64,000 nt of DNA, taken from NCBI GenBank assembly GCA_964016885.1, contig OZ024751.1:1054001-1118000 (forward strand), read 5' to 3'. Each line of letters opens with the position of its first letter. The stretch's first letter is position 1. This DNA is from Eledone cirrhosa. Lineage: Eukaryota. A program made the translations under genes and the position numbers. This document shows positions 30,001 through 43,508 of this stretch, in pieces. The notes beneath the pieces are model-generated. The model worked only from the letters and a program-made list of their open reading frames with translations. It was not told the DNA's origin and did not search any database.

Positions 30001-33000
30001 TGAGTGTAGATATGTGTATATCAACGGTACACGCTTCCCTGAGTACAGTGTGTGAGTGTAGATATGTATATATCAACTGTACACGCTTCTCTGAGTACAG
30101 TGGGTGAGTGTAGATATGTATATATCAACTGTACACACTTCCCTGAGTACAGTGTGTGAGTGTAGATATGTATATATCAACTGTACACACTTCTCTGAGT
30201 ACAGTGGGTGAATGTAGATATGTGTATATCAACTATACACACTTCCCTGAGTACAGTGTGTGAGTGTAGATATGTGTATATCAACTGTACACGCTTCCCT
30301 GAGTACACTGTGTGAGTGTAGATATGTATATATCAACTGTACACGCTTCTCTGAGTACAGTGGGTGAGTGTAGATATGTGTATATCAACTGTACACGCTT
30401 CCCTGAGTACAGTGTGTGAGTGTAGATATGTGTATATCAACTGTACACACTTCTCTGAGTACAGTGTGTGAGTGTAGATATGTATATATCAACTGTACAC
30501 ACTTCCCTGAGTACAGTGTGTGAGTGTAGATATGTGTATATCAAGTATACACACTTCCCTGAGTACAGTGTGTTAGTGTAGATAAGTATATATCAACTAC
30601 ACACACTTCCCTGAGTACAGTGTGTGAGTGTAGATATGTATATATCAACGGTACACGCTTCCCTGAGTACAGTGTGTGAGTGTAGATATGAATATATCAA
30701 CTGTACACGCTTCTCTGAGTACAGTGGGTGAGTGTAGATATGTATATATCAACTGTACACGCTTCTCTGAGTACAGTGTGTGAGTGTAGATATGTATATA
30801 TCAACTGTACACGCTTCTCTGAGTACAGTGGGTGAGTCTAGATATGTATATATCAACTGTACACACTTCCCTGAGTACAGTGTGTGAGTGTAGATATGTA
30901 TATATCAACTGTACACACTTCTCTGAGTACAGTGGGTGAGTGTAGATATGTATATATCAACTGTACACACTTCTCTGAGTACAGTGTGTGAGTGTAGATA
31001 TGTATATATCAACTGTACACACTTCTCTGAGTACAGTGTGTGAGTGTAGATATGTATATATCAACTATACACACTTCTCTGAGTACAGTGGGTGAGTCTA
31101 GATATGTATATATCAACTGTACACGCTTCTCTGAGTACAGTGGGTGAGTGTAGATATGTGTATATCAACTGTACACGCTTCTCTGAGTACAGTGGGTGAA
31201 TGTAGATATGTGTATATCAACTATACACACTTCCCTGAGTACAGTGTGTGAGTGTAGATATGTGTATATCAACTGTACACGCTTCTCTGAGTACAGTGGG
31301 TGAATGTAGATATGTGTATATCAACTATACACACTTCCCTGAGTACAGTGTGTGAGTGTAGATATGTGTATATCAACTGTACACGCTTCCCTGAGTACAC
31401 TGTGTGAGTGTAGATATGTATATATCAACTGTACACGCTTCTCTGAGTACAGTGGGTGAGTGTAGATATGTGTATATCAACTGTACACGCTTCCCTGAGT
31501 ACAGTGTGTGAGTGTAGATATGTGTATATCAACTGTACACACTTCTCTGAGTACAGTGTGTGAGTGTAGATATGTATATATCAACTGTACACACTTCCCT
31601 GAGTACAGTGTGTGAGTGTAGATATGTGTATATCAACTATACACGCTTCTCTGAGTACAGTGTGTGAGTGTAGATATGTGTATATCAACTGTACACACTT
31701 CCCTGAGTACAGTGTGTGAGTGTAGATATGTATATATCAACTATACACGCTTCTCTGAGTACAGTGTGTGAGTGTAGATATGTATATATCAACTATACAC
31801 GCTTCTCTGAGTACAGTGTGTGAGTGTAGATATGTATATATCAACTATACACGCTTCTCTGAGTACAGTGTGTGAGTGTAGATATGTATATATCAACTGT
31901 ACACACTTCCCTGAGTAGAGTGTGTGAGTGTAGATATGTATATATCAACTGTACACACTTCCCTGAGTAGAGTGTGTGAGTGTAGATATGTATATATCAA
32001 CTATACACACTTCCCTGAGTACAGTGTGTGAGTGTAGATATGTATATATCAACTATACACACTTCCCTGAGTAGAGTGTGTGAGTGTAGATATGTATATA
32101 TCAACTATACACACTTCCCTGAGTACAGTGTGTGAGTGTAGATATGTATATACCAACTGTACACACTTCCCTGAGTACAGTGTGTGAGTGTAGATATGTG
32201 TATATCAACGGTACACGCTTCCCTGAGTACAGTGTGTGAGTGTAGATATGTGTATATCAACTATACACACTTCCCTGAGTACAGTGTGTGAGTGTAGATA
32301 TGTATATATCAACTGTACACACTTCCCTGAGTACAGTGTGTTAGTGTAGATATGTATATATCAACTGTACACACTTCTCTGAGTACAGTGGGTGAGTGTA
32401 GATATGTATATATCAACTGTACACACTTCCCTGAGTACAGTGTGTGAGTGTAGATATGTGTATATCAACTATACACACTTCCCTGAGTACAGTGTGTTAG
32501 TGTAGATAAGTATATATCAACTACACACACTTCCCTGAGTACAGTGTGTGAGTGTAGATATGTGTATATCAACGGTACACGCTTCCCTGAGTACAGTGTG
32601 TGAGTGTAGATATGTATATATCAACTGTACACACTTCCCTGAGTACAGCGTGTGAGTGTAGATGTGTATATATCAACTGTACACACTTCCTTGAGTACAG
32701 TGGGTGAGTCTAGATATGTATATATCAACTGTACACACTTCCCTGAGTACAGTGTGTGAGTGTAGATATGTATGTATCAACTGTACACACTGCCCTGAGT
32801 ACAGTGTGTGAGTGTAGATATGTATATATCAACTATACACGCTTCTCTTAATACAGTGTGTGAGTGTAGATATGTATATATCAACTGTACACACTTCCCT
32901 GAGTACAGTGTGTGAGTGTAGATATGTGTATATCAACTGTACACGCTTCCCTGAGTACACTGTGTGAGTGTAGATATGTATATATCAACTATACACACTT

Positions 33001-36000
33001 CCCTGAGTACAGTGTGTGAGTGTAGATATGTGTATATCAACTATACACGCTTCCCTGAGTACACTGTGTGAGTGTAGATAAGTATATATCAACTGTACAC
33101 GCTTCTCTGAGTACAGTGGGTGAGTGTAGATATGTGTATATCAACTGTACACGATTCCCTGAGTACAGTGTGTGAGTGTAGATATGTATATATCAACTGT
33201 ACACGCTTCCCTGAGTACAGTGTGTGAGTGTAGATATGTGTATATCAACTGTACATGCTTCTCTGAGTACAGTGGGTGAGTGTAGATATGTATATATCAA
33301 CTATACACACTTCTCTGAGTACAGTGGGTGAATGTAGATATGTATATATCAACTGTACGCACTTCTCTGAGTACAGTGTGTGAGTGTAGATATGTGTATA
33401 TGAACTGTACACGCTTCTCTGAGTACAGTGGGTGAATGTAGATATGTATATATCAACTGTACACACTTCCCTGAGTACAGTGTGTGAGTGTAGATATGTA
33501 TATATCAACTGTACACGCTTCCCTGAGTACAGTGTGTGAGTGTAGATATGTGTATATCAACTGTACACACTTCTCTGAGTACAGTGTGTGAGTGTAGATA
33601 TGTGTATATCAACTGTACACACTTCCCTGAGTACAGTGTGTGAGTGTAGATATGTATATATCAACTGTACACACTTCTCTGAGTACAGTGTGTGAGTGTA
33701 GATATGTATATATCAACTGTACACACTTCTCTGAGTACAGTGTGTGAGTGTAGATATGTGTATATCAACTGTACACACTTCCCTGAGTACAGTGTGTGAG
33801 TGTAGATATGTGTATATCAACTGTACACACTTCCCTGAGTAGAGTGTGTGAGTGTAGATATGTATATATCAACTGTACACACTTCCCTGAGTACAGTGTG
33901 TGAGTGTAGATATGTATATATCAACTGTACACACTTCCCTGAGTACAGTGTGTGAGTGTAGATATGTATATATCAACTATACATGCATCTCTGAGTACCG
34001 TGTGTGAGTGTAGATATGTATATATCAACTGTACACACTTCCCTGAGTACAGTGTGTGAGTGTAGATATGTGTATATCAACTGTACACACTTCTCTGAGT
34101 ACAGTGTGTGAGTGTAGATATGTATATATCAACTGTACACACTTCCCTGAGTACAGTGTGTGAGTGTAGATATGTGTATATCAACTATACACGCTTCTCT
34201 GAGTACAGTGTGTGAGTGTAGATATGTGTATATCAACTGTACACACTTCCCTGAGTACAGTGTGTGAGTGTAGATATGTATATATCAACTATACACGCTT
34301 CTCTGAGTACAGTGTGTGAGTGTAGATATGTGTATATCAACTATACACGCTTCTCTGAGTACAGTGTGTGAGTGTAGATATGTATATATCAACTGTACAC
34401 ACTTCCCTGAGTAGAGTGTGTGAGTGTAGATATGTATATATCAACTGTACACACTTCCCTGAGTAGAGTGTGTGTGTGTAGATATGTGTATATCAACTAT
34501 ACACACTTCCCTGAGTACAGTGTGTTAGTGTAGATATGTATATATCAACTGTACACGCTTCTCTGAGTACAGTGTGTGAGTGTAGATATGTGTATATCAA
34601 CTGTACGCACTTCTCTGAGTACAGTGGGTGAGTGTAGATATGTATATATCAACTGTACACACTTCCCTGAGTACAGTGTGTTAGTGTAGATATGTATATA
34701 TCAACTGTACACGCTTCTCTGAGTACAGTGTGTGAGTGTAGATATGTGTATATCAACTGTACACACTTCCCTGAGTACAGTGTGTGAGTGTAGATATGTA
34801 TATATCAACTGTACACACTTCTCTGAGTACAGTGTGTGAGTGTAGATATGTGTATATCAACTGTACACACTTCCCTGAGTACAGTGTGTGAGTGTAGATA
34901 TGTATATATCAACTGTACACGCTTCTCTGAGTACAGTGTGTGAGTGTAGATATGTGTATATCAACTGTACACACTTCCCTGAGTACAGTGTGTGAGTGTA
35001 GATATGTATATATCAACTGTACACGCTTCTCTGAGTACAGTGTGTGAGTGTAGATATGTGTATATCAACTGTACACACTTCCCTGAGTACAGTGTGTGAG
35101 TGTAGATATGTATATATCAACTGTACACGCTTCTCTGAGTACAGTGTGTGAGTGTAGATATGTGTATATCAACTGTACACACTTCCCTGAGTACAGTGTG
35201 TGAGTGTAGATATGTATATATCAACTGTACACGCTTCTCTGAGTACAGTGTGTGAGTGTAGATATGTGTATATCAACTATACACACTTCCCTGAGTACAG
35301 TGTGTGAGTGTAGATATGTATATATCAACTGTACACACTTCTCTGAGTACAGTGTGTGAGTGTAGATATGTATATATCAACTGTACGCACTTCTCTGAGT
35401 ACAGTGGGTGAGTGTAGATATGTATATATCAACTGTACACACTTCCCTGAGTACAGTGTGTGAGTGTAGATATGTGTATATCAACTATACACACTTCCCT
35501 GAGTACAGTGTGTTAGTGTAGATATGTATATATCAACTGTACACGCTTCTCTGAGTACAGTGGGTGAGTGTAGATATGTATATATCAACTGTACACACTT
35601 CCCTGAGTACAGTGTGTGAGTGTAGATATGTATATATCAACTGTACACACTTCTCTGAGTACAGTGGGTGAGTGTAGATATGTATATATCAACTGTACAC
35701 ACTTCCCTGAGTACAGTGTGTGAGTGTAGATATGTGTATATCAACTATACACACTTCCCTGAGTACAGTGTGTTAGTGTAGATAAGTATATATCAACTAC
35801 ACACACTTCCCTGAGTACAGTGTGTGAGTGTAGATATGTGTATATCAACGGTACACGCTTCCCTGAGTACAGTGTGTGAGTGTAGATATGTATATATCAA
35901 CTGTACACGCTTCTCTGAGTACAGTGGGTGAGTGTAGATATGTATATATCAACTGTACACACTTCCCTGAGTACAGTGTGTGAGTGTAGATATGTATATA

Positions 36001-39000
36001 TCAACTGTACACACTTCTCTGAGTACAGTGGGTGAGTGTAGATATGTATATATCAACTGTACACACTTCCCTGAGTACAGTGTGTGAGTGTAGATATGTG
36101 TATATCAAGTATACACACTTCCCTGAGTACAGTGTGTTAGTGTAGATAAGTATATATCAACTACACACACTTCCCTGAGTACAGTGTGTGAGTGTAGATA
36201 TGTATATATCAACGGTACACGCTTCCCTGAGTACAGTGTGTGAGTGTAGATATGTATATATCAACTGTACACGCTTCTCTGAGTACAGTGGGTGAGTGTA
36301 GATATGTATATATCAACTGTACACACTTCCCTGAGTACAGTGTGTGAGTGTAGATATGTATATATCAACTGTACACACTTCTCTGAGTACAGTGGGTGAG
36401 TGTAGATATGTATATATCAACTGTACACACTTCTCTGAGTACAGTGTGTGAGTGTAGATATGTATATATCAACTGTACACACTTCTCTGAGTACAGTGTG
36501 TGAGTGTAGATATGTATATATCAACTATACACACTTCCCTGAGTACAGTGGGTGAGTCTAGATATGTATATATCAACTGTACACGCTTCTCTGAGTACAG
36601 TGGGTGAGTGTAGATATGTGTATATCAACGGTACACGCTTCTCTGAGTACAGTGGGTGAATGTAGATATGTGTATATCAACTATACACACTTCCCTGAGT
36701 ACAGTGTGTGAGTGTAGATATGTGTATATCAACTGTACACGCTTCTCTGAGTACAGTGGGTGAATGTAGATATGTGTATATCAACTATACACACTTCCCT
36801 GAGTACAGTGTGTGAGTGTAGATATGTGTATATCAACTGTACACGCTTCCCTGAGTACACTGTGTGAGTGTAGATATGTATATATCAACTGTACACGCTT
36901 CTCTGAGTACAGTGGGTGAGTGTAGATATGTGTATATCAACTGTACACGCTTCCCTGAGTACAGTGTGTGAGTGTAGATATGTGTATATCAACTGTACAC
37001 ACTTCTCTGAGTACAGTGTGTGTGTGTAGATATGTATATATCAACTGTACACACTTCCCTGAGTACAGTGTGTGAGTGTAGATATGTGTATATCAACTAT
37101 ACACGCTTCTCTGAGTACAGTGTGTGAGTGTAGATATGTGTATATCAACTGTACACACTTCCCTGAGTACAGTGTGTGAGTGTAGATATGTATATATCAA
37201 CTATACACGCTTCTCTGAGTACAGTGTGTGAGTGTAGATATGTATATATCAACTATACACGCTTCTCTGAGTACAGTGTGTGAGTGTAGATATGTATATA
37301 TCAACTATACACGCTTCTCTGAGTACAGTGTGTGAGTGTAGATATGTATATATCAACTGTACACACTTCCCTGAGTAGAGTGTGTGAGTGTAGATATGTA
37401 TATATCAACTGTACACACTTCCCTGAGTAGAGTGTGTGAGTGTAGATATGTATATATCAACTATACACACTTCCCTGAGTACAGTGTGTGAGTGTAGATA
37501 TGTATATATCAACTATACACACTTCCCTGAGTAGAGTGTGTGAGTGTAGATATGTATATATCAACTATACACACTTCCCTGAGTACAGTGTGTGAGTGTA
37601 GATATGTGTATATCAACGGTACACGCTTCCCTGAGTACAGTGTGTGAGTGTAGATATGTATATATCAACTGTACACGCTTCTCTGAGTACAGTGTGTGAG
37701 TGTAGATATGTGTACATCAACTGTACGCACTTCTCTGAGTACAGTGGGTGAGTGTAGATATGTATATATCAAGTGTACACACTTCCCTGAGTACAGTGTG
37801 TGAGTGTAGATATGTATATATCAAGTGTACACACTTCCCTGAGTACAGTGGGTGAGTGTAGATATGTGTATATCAACTGTACACACTTCCCTGAGTACAG
37901 TGTGTGAGTGTAGATATGTATATATCAACTGTACACACTTCCCTGAGTACAGTGTGTGAGTGTAGATATGTGTATATCAACTATACACACTTCCCTGAGT
38001 ACAGTGTGTTAGTGTAGATATGTATATATCAACTGTACACGCTTCTCTGAGTACAGTGGGTGAGTGTAGATATGTATATATCAACTGTACACACTTCCCT
38101 GAGTACAGTGTGTGAGTGTAGATATGTATATATCAACTGTACACACTTCTCTGAGTACAGTGGGTGAGTGTAGATATGTATATATCAACTGTACACACTT
38201 CCCTGAGTACAGTGTGTGAGTGTAGATATGTGTATATCAACTATACACACTTCCCTGAGTACAGTGTGTTAGTGTAGATAAGTATATATCAACTACACAC
38301 ACTTCCCTGAGTACAGTGTGTGAGTGTAGATATGTGTATATCAACCGTACACGCTTCCCTGAGTACAGTGTGTGAGTGTAGATATGTATATATCAACTGT
38401 ACACACTTCCCTGAGTACAGCGTGTGAGTGTAGATATGTATATATCAACTGTACACACTTCCTTGAGTACAGTGGGTGAGTCTAGATATGTATATATCAA
38501 CTGTACACACTTCCCTGAGTACAGTGTGTGAGTGTAGATATGTATGTATCAACTGTACACACTGCCCTGAGTACAGTGTGTGAGTGTAGATATGTATATA
38601 TCAACTATACACGCTTCTCTTAATACAGTGTGTGAGTGTAGATATGTATATATCAACTGTACACACTTCCCTGAGTACAGTGTGTGAGTGTAGATATGTG
38701 TATATCAACTGTACACGCTTCCCTGAGTACACTGTGTGAGTGTAGATAAGTATATATCAACTGTACACGCTTCTCTGAGTACAGTGGGTGAGTGTAGATA
38801 TGTGTATATCAACTGTACACGATTCCCTGAGTACAGTGTGTGAGTGTAGATATGTATATATCAACTGTACACGCTTCCCTGAGTACAGTGTGTGAGTGTA
38901 GATATGTGTATATCAACTGTACACGCTTCTCTGAGTACAGTGGGTGAGTGTAGATATGTGTATATCAACTATACACGCTTCTCTGAGTACAGTGGGTGAG

Positions 39001-42000
39001 TGTAGATATGTGTATATCAACTGTACACGCTTCTCTGAGTACAGTGGGTGAGTGTAGATATGTGTATATCAACTATACACGCTCCTCTGAGTACAGTGTG
39101 TGAGTGTAGATATGTATATATCAACTGTACACACTTCTCTGAGTACAGTGTGTGAGTGTAGATATGTATATATCAACTGTACACGCTTCCCTGAGTACAG
39201 TGTGTGAGTGTAGATATGTGTATATCAACTGTACACACTTCTCTGAGTACAGTGTGTGAGTGTAGATATGCGTATATCAACTGTACACACTTCCCTGAGT
39301 ACAGTGTGTGAGTGTAGATATGTATATATCAACTGTACACACTTCTCTGAGTACAGTGTGTGAGTGTAGATATGTATATATCAACTGTACACACTTCTCT
39401 GAGTACAGTGTGTGAGTGTAGATATGTGTATATCAACTGTACACACTTCCCTGAGTACAGTGTGTGAGTGTAGATATGTGTATATCAACTGTACACACTT
39501 CCCTGAGTAGAGTGTGTGAGTGTAGATATGTATATATCAACTGTACACACTTCCCTGAGTACAGTGTGTGAGTGTAGATATGTATATATCAACTGTACAC
39601 ACTTCCCTGAGTACAGTGTGTGAGTGTAGATATGTATATATCAACTATACATGCATCTCTGAGTACCGTGTGTGAGTGTAGATATGTATAAATCAACTGT
39701 ACACACTTCCCTGAGTACAGTGTGTGAGTGTAGATATGTGTATATCAACTGTACACACTTCTCTGAGTACAGTGTGTGAGTGTAGATATGTATATATCAA
39801 CTGTACACACTTCCCTGAGTACAGTGTGTGAGTGTAGATATGTGTATATCAACTATACACGCTTCTCTGAGTACAGTGTGTGAGTGTAGATATGTGTATA
39901 TCAACTGTACACACTTCCCTGAGTACAGTGTGTGAGTGTAGATATGTATATATCAACTATACACGCTTCTCTGAGTACAGTGTGTGAGTGTAGATATGTA
40001 TATATCAACTATACACGCTTCTCTGAGTACAGTGTGTGAGTGTAGATATGTATATATCAACTGTACACACTTCCCTGAGTAGAGTGTGTGAGTGTAGATA
40101 TGTATATATCAACTGTACACACTTACCTGAGTAGAGTGTGTGTGTGTAGATATGTATATATCAACTATACACACTTCCCTGAGTACAGTGTGTGAGTGTA
40201 GATATGTGTATATCAACTATACACACTTCCCTGAGTAGAGTGTGTGAGTGTAGATATGTATATATCAACTATACACACTTCCCTGAGTACAGTGTGTGAG
40301 TGTAGATATGTGTATATCAACGGTACACGCTTCCCTGAGTACAGTGTGTGAGTGTAGATATGTATATATCAACTGTACACGCTTCTCTGAGTACAGTGGG
40401 TGAGTGTAGATATGTATATATCAACTGTACACACTTCCCTGAGTACAGTGTGTGAGTGTAGATATGTATATATCAACTGTACACACTTCTCTGAGTACAG
40501 TGGGTGAGTGTAGATATGTATATATCAACTGTACACACTTCCCTGAGTACAGTGTGTGAGTGTAGATATGTGTATATCAACTATACACACTTCCCTGAGT
40601 ACAGTGTGTTAGTGTAGATAAGTATATATCAACTACACACACTTCCCTGAGTACAGTGTGTTAGTGTAGATATGTGTATATCAACGGTACACGCTTCCCT
40701 GAGTACAGTGTGTGAGTGTAGATATGTATATATCAACTGTACACGCTTCTCTGAGTACAGTGGGTGAGTGTAGATATGTATATATCAACTGTACACACTT
40801 CCCTGAGTACAGTGTGTGAGTGTAGATATGTATATATCAACTGTACACACTTCTCTGAGTACAGTGGGTGAGTGTAGATATGTATATATCAACTGTACAC
40901 ACTTCTCTGAGTACAGTGTGTGAGTGTAGATATGTATATATCAACTGTACACACTTCCCTGAGTACAGTGTGTGAGTGTAGATATGTATATATCAACTGT
41001 ACACACTTCTCTGAGTACAGTGGGTGAGTGTAGATATGTATATATCAACTGTACACACTTCCCTGAGTACAGTGTGTGAGTGTAGATATGTATATATCAA
41101 CTGTACACACTTCTCTGAGTACAGTGTGTGAGTGTAGATATGTATATATCAACTATACACACTTCCCTGAGTACAGTGGGCGAGTCTAGATATGTATATA
41201 TCAACTGTACATGCTTCTCTGAGTACAGTGGGTGAGTGTAGATATGTGTATATCAACTGTACACGCTTCCCTGAGTACAGTGTGTGAGTGTAGATATGTA
41301 TATATCAACTGTACACGCTTCCCTGAGTACAGTGTGTGAGTGTAGATATGTGTATATCAACTGTACACGCTTCCCTGAGTACAGTGTGTGAGTGTAGATA
41401 TGTATATATCAACTATACACGCTTCTCTGAGTACAGTGTGTGAGTGTAGATATGTGTATATCAACTGTACACGCTTCCCTGAGTACAGTGTGTGAGTGTA
41501 GATATGTATATATCAACTGTACACACTTCTCTGAGTACAGTGTGTGAGTGTAGATATGTGTATATCAACTGTACACACTTCTCTGAGTACAGTGTGTGAG
41601 TGTAGATATGTGTATATCAACTATACACACTTCCCTGCGTACAGTGTGTGAGTGTAGATATGTATATATCAACTATACACGCTTCTCTGAGTACAATGTG
41701 TGAGTGTAGATATGTATATATCAACAGTACACACTTCCCTGAGTACAGTGTGTGAGTGTAGATATGTATATATCAACTGTACACGCTTCCCTGAGTACAG
41801 TGTGTGAGTGTAGATATGTGTATATCAACTGTACACGCTTCCCTGAGTACAGTGTGTGAGTGTAGATATGTATATATCAACTGTACACGCTTCTCTGAGT
41901 ACAGTGGGTGAGTGTAGATATGTGTATATCAACTGTACACGCTTCCCTGAGTACAGTGTGTGAGTGTAGATATGTATATATCAACTGTACACGCTTCCCT

Positions 42001-42136
42001 GAGTACAGTGTGTGAGTGTAGATATGTGTATATCAACTGTACACGCTTCTCTGAGTACAGTGGGTGAGTGTAGATATGTATATATCAACTATACACGCTT
42101 CTCTGAGTACAGTGGGTGAATGTAGATATGTATATA
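1..42136. repeat. 52-bp satellite DNA array (~810 units in window; unit TGTGTGAGTGTAGATATGTRTATATCAACTRTACACRCTTCYCTGAGTACAG)
   Basis: Unit recurs at 1, 53, 105 and so on, without interruption up to 42136. Variation is mostly at unit positions 3, 20, 31, 37, 42 and 50, with rare 1-bp deletions (e.g. ~13250, ~20480). Confidence 0.99.
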
Positions 42137-42433
42137 TTTATCAACAATACCTTCGAAATAACTTTTTTTGAAAGGCTGTTCCAATCATTCATTTAAAAAC
42201 GTTCTTTGCACAGAGTTATTTTCTTTTGGAAATATGGATGTTTTAAGGTATTCTGAGGCTGTGTTCTTGAAACGTTATGCTAAATATTTTTCTAATATTT
42301 TTCTAATTTGTTTTAAAAATTCCCTCCAAGCATTACTTACGGTGATCGTCGCATACAATACAGTTGAGGGTGTGTACGCGATCGGTGTAGACGAGCGCGC
42401 CTAAAAACAGTGAAGATGTCGAGGCCCGCCAGC

Positions 42434-42882
42434 TGTTCAACATACAACCCCTTACCTACTACAGTAGTAATTCCGACCTAAGAAACAAATTTGATTGATA
42501 GGTGGAAAATGAAAAGAACCAAATAGTCGACAACCATGAGTGGCTAGAAATATCGATGACGTGTACAATTCTTGACCACTCATGGAATGACAACAACAGG
42601 ATCTAAGCCGACAGGCGAAGGATATCGATGTAAAAGGGCATAGGAAAATCTGCTTCGTAGAATCAAGACGTATCTGAGGACCTTGCGATTTTCCGAGTCA
42701 GGTTCGATCACCACATCGATCATGCCTCTAGCTGATCGCCAGAGAAACGATTGTAATATGCTCAATAAATTCCATTCGTTGTAACACTGATTCTCTTTTT
42801 TTCTGTGATTTCATACTTTGCTGTAGGAGAGCATCGAGTGCTCAAATGGCCTATCGCATACGGACACTTTAAGCATCCAACA
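42434..42882 (+). mobile_element. Candidate solo LTR of an LTR retrotransposon
   Basis: Starts TGTT and ends AACA, with TATA-like GTAAAAG (~42629) and AATAAA (~42764). CpG-rich relative to flanks. Flanking 5-mers CCAGC/CCAAT match only 3/5, so a TSD is not established. Confidence 0.4.
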
Positions 42883-42884
42883 CC

Positions 42885-42946
<62 letters not shown>

Positions 42947-43178
42947 ATAATAATAAATTTGAAGACTAGAATCCAAAGAGGGCTCGATAAGGATAAATAT
43001 CCCGTTAAGGGTGAAAGCAGCGATTCTTTGCTTAAACTTTAATCTGTTATTTTAATAAATATATATATATATATATGTTTAAAACATATATTTATATATA
43101 TATATTTATATATGCAGAGGTTATATTTAATTTGTTGGGATTCAACAAGCTTAAACATTTTTATAACTGATATAAAGC

Positions 43179-43242
43179 ATTTTATCTGATGAAAGCGCAC
43201 CATAATTTGCCTTGGTGGCCCTTGAAATATGTATAATAAAAT
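43179..43242 (+). ncRNA. Type I hammerhead ribozyme (minimal helix III)
   Basis: ATTTTAT-CTGATGA-[AAG..CACCA/TGGTG..CTT]-GAAA-TATGT-ATA^-ATAAAAT. Perfect 7-bp helix I, intact core, predicted cleavage after 43235. Confidence 0.75.
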
Positions 43243-43508
43243 AAAATAAATATGGTTTTATAAATATAGTTTCCATTTGTTAATATATTGTATATATTTA
43301 TATATATATTTATATATTACATTCAAAGTTATAGATGTCATGTTTGAGATAATCTCAAACATGTGTCTTATTTCGCAAAATAAGCCCAAAGAAAAATTCA
43401 AGAAATAAATCCGAGGATTTAATCATTACAAAATAGTGAATGACATATATACATATATATCTAATGATATAAACATATCACACTTTATATATATATATAT
43501 ATATATAT

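Noticed and set aside
1-42136. CRISPR-like array or hammerhead-containing satellite
   Set aside because: No unique spacers and no cas genes; CTGAGTA is not CTGANGA and the unit has no GAAA box on the same strand.
42975-43045. Hammerhead-like GAAAGCA...TGCTT with upstream CGATAAG
   Set aside because: No CTGANGA box and no convincing helix I.
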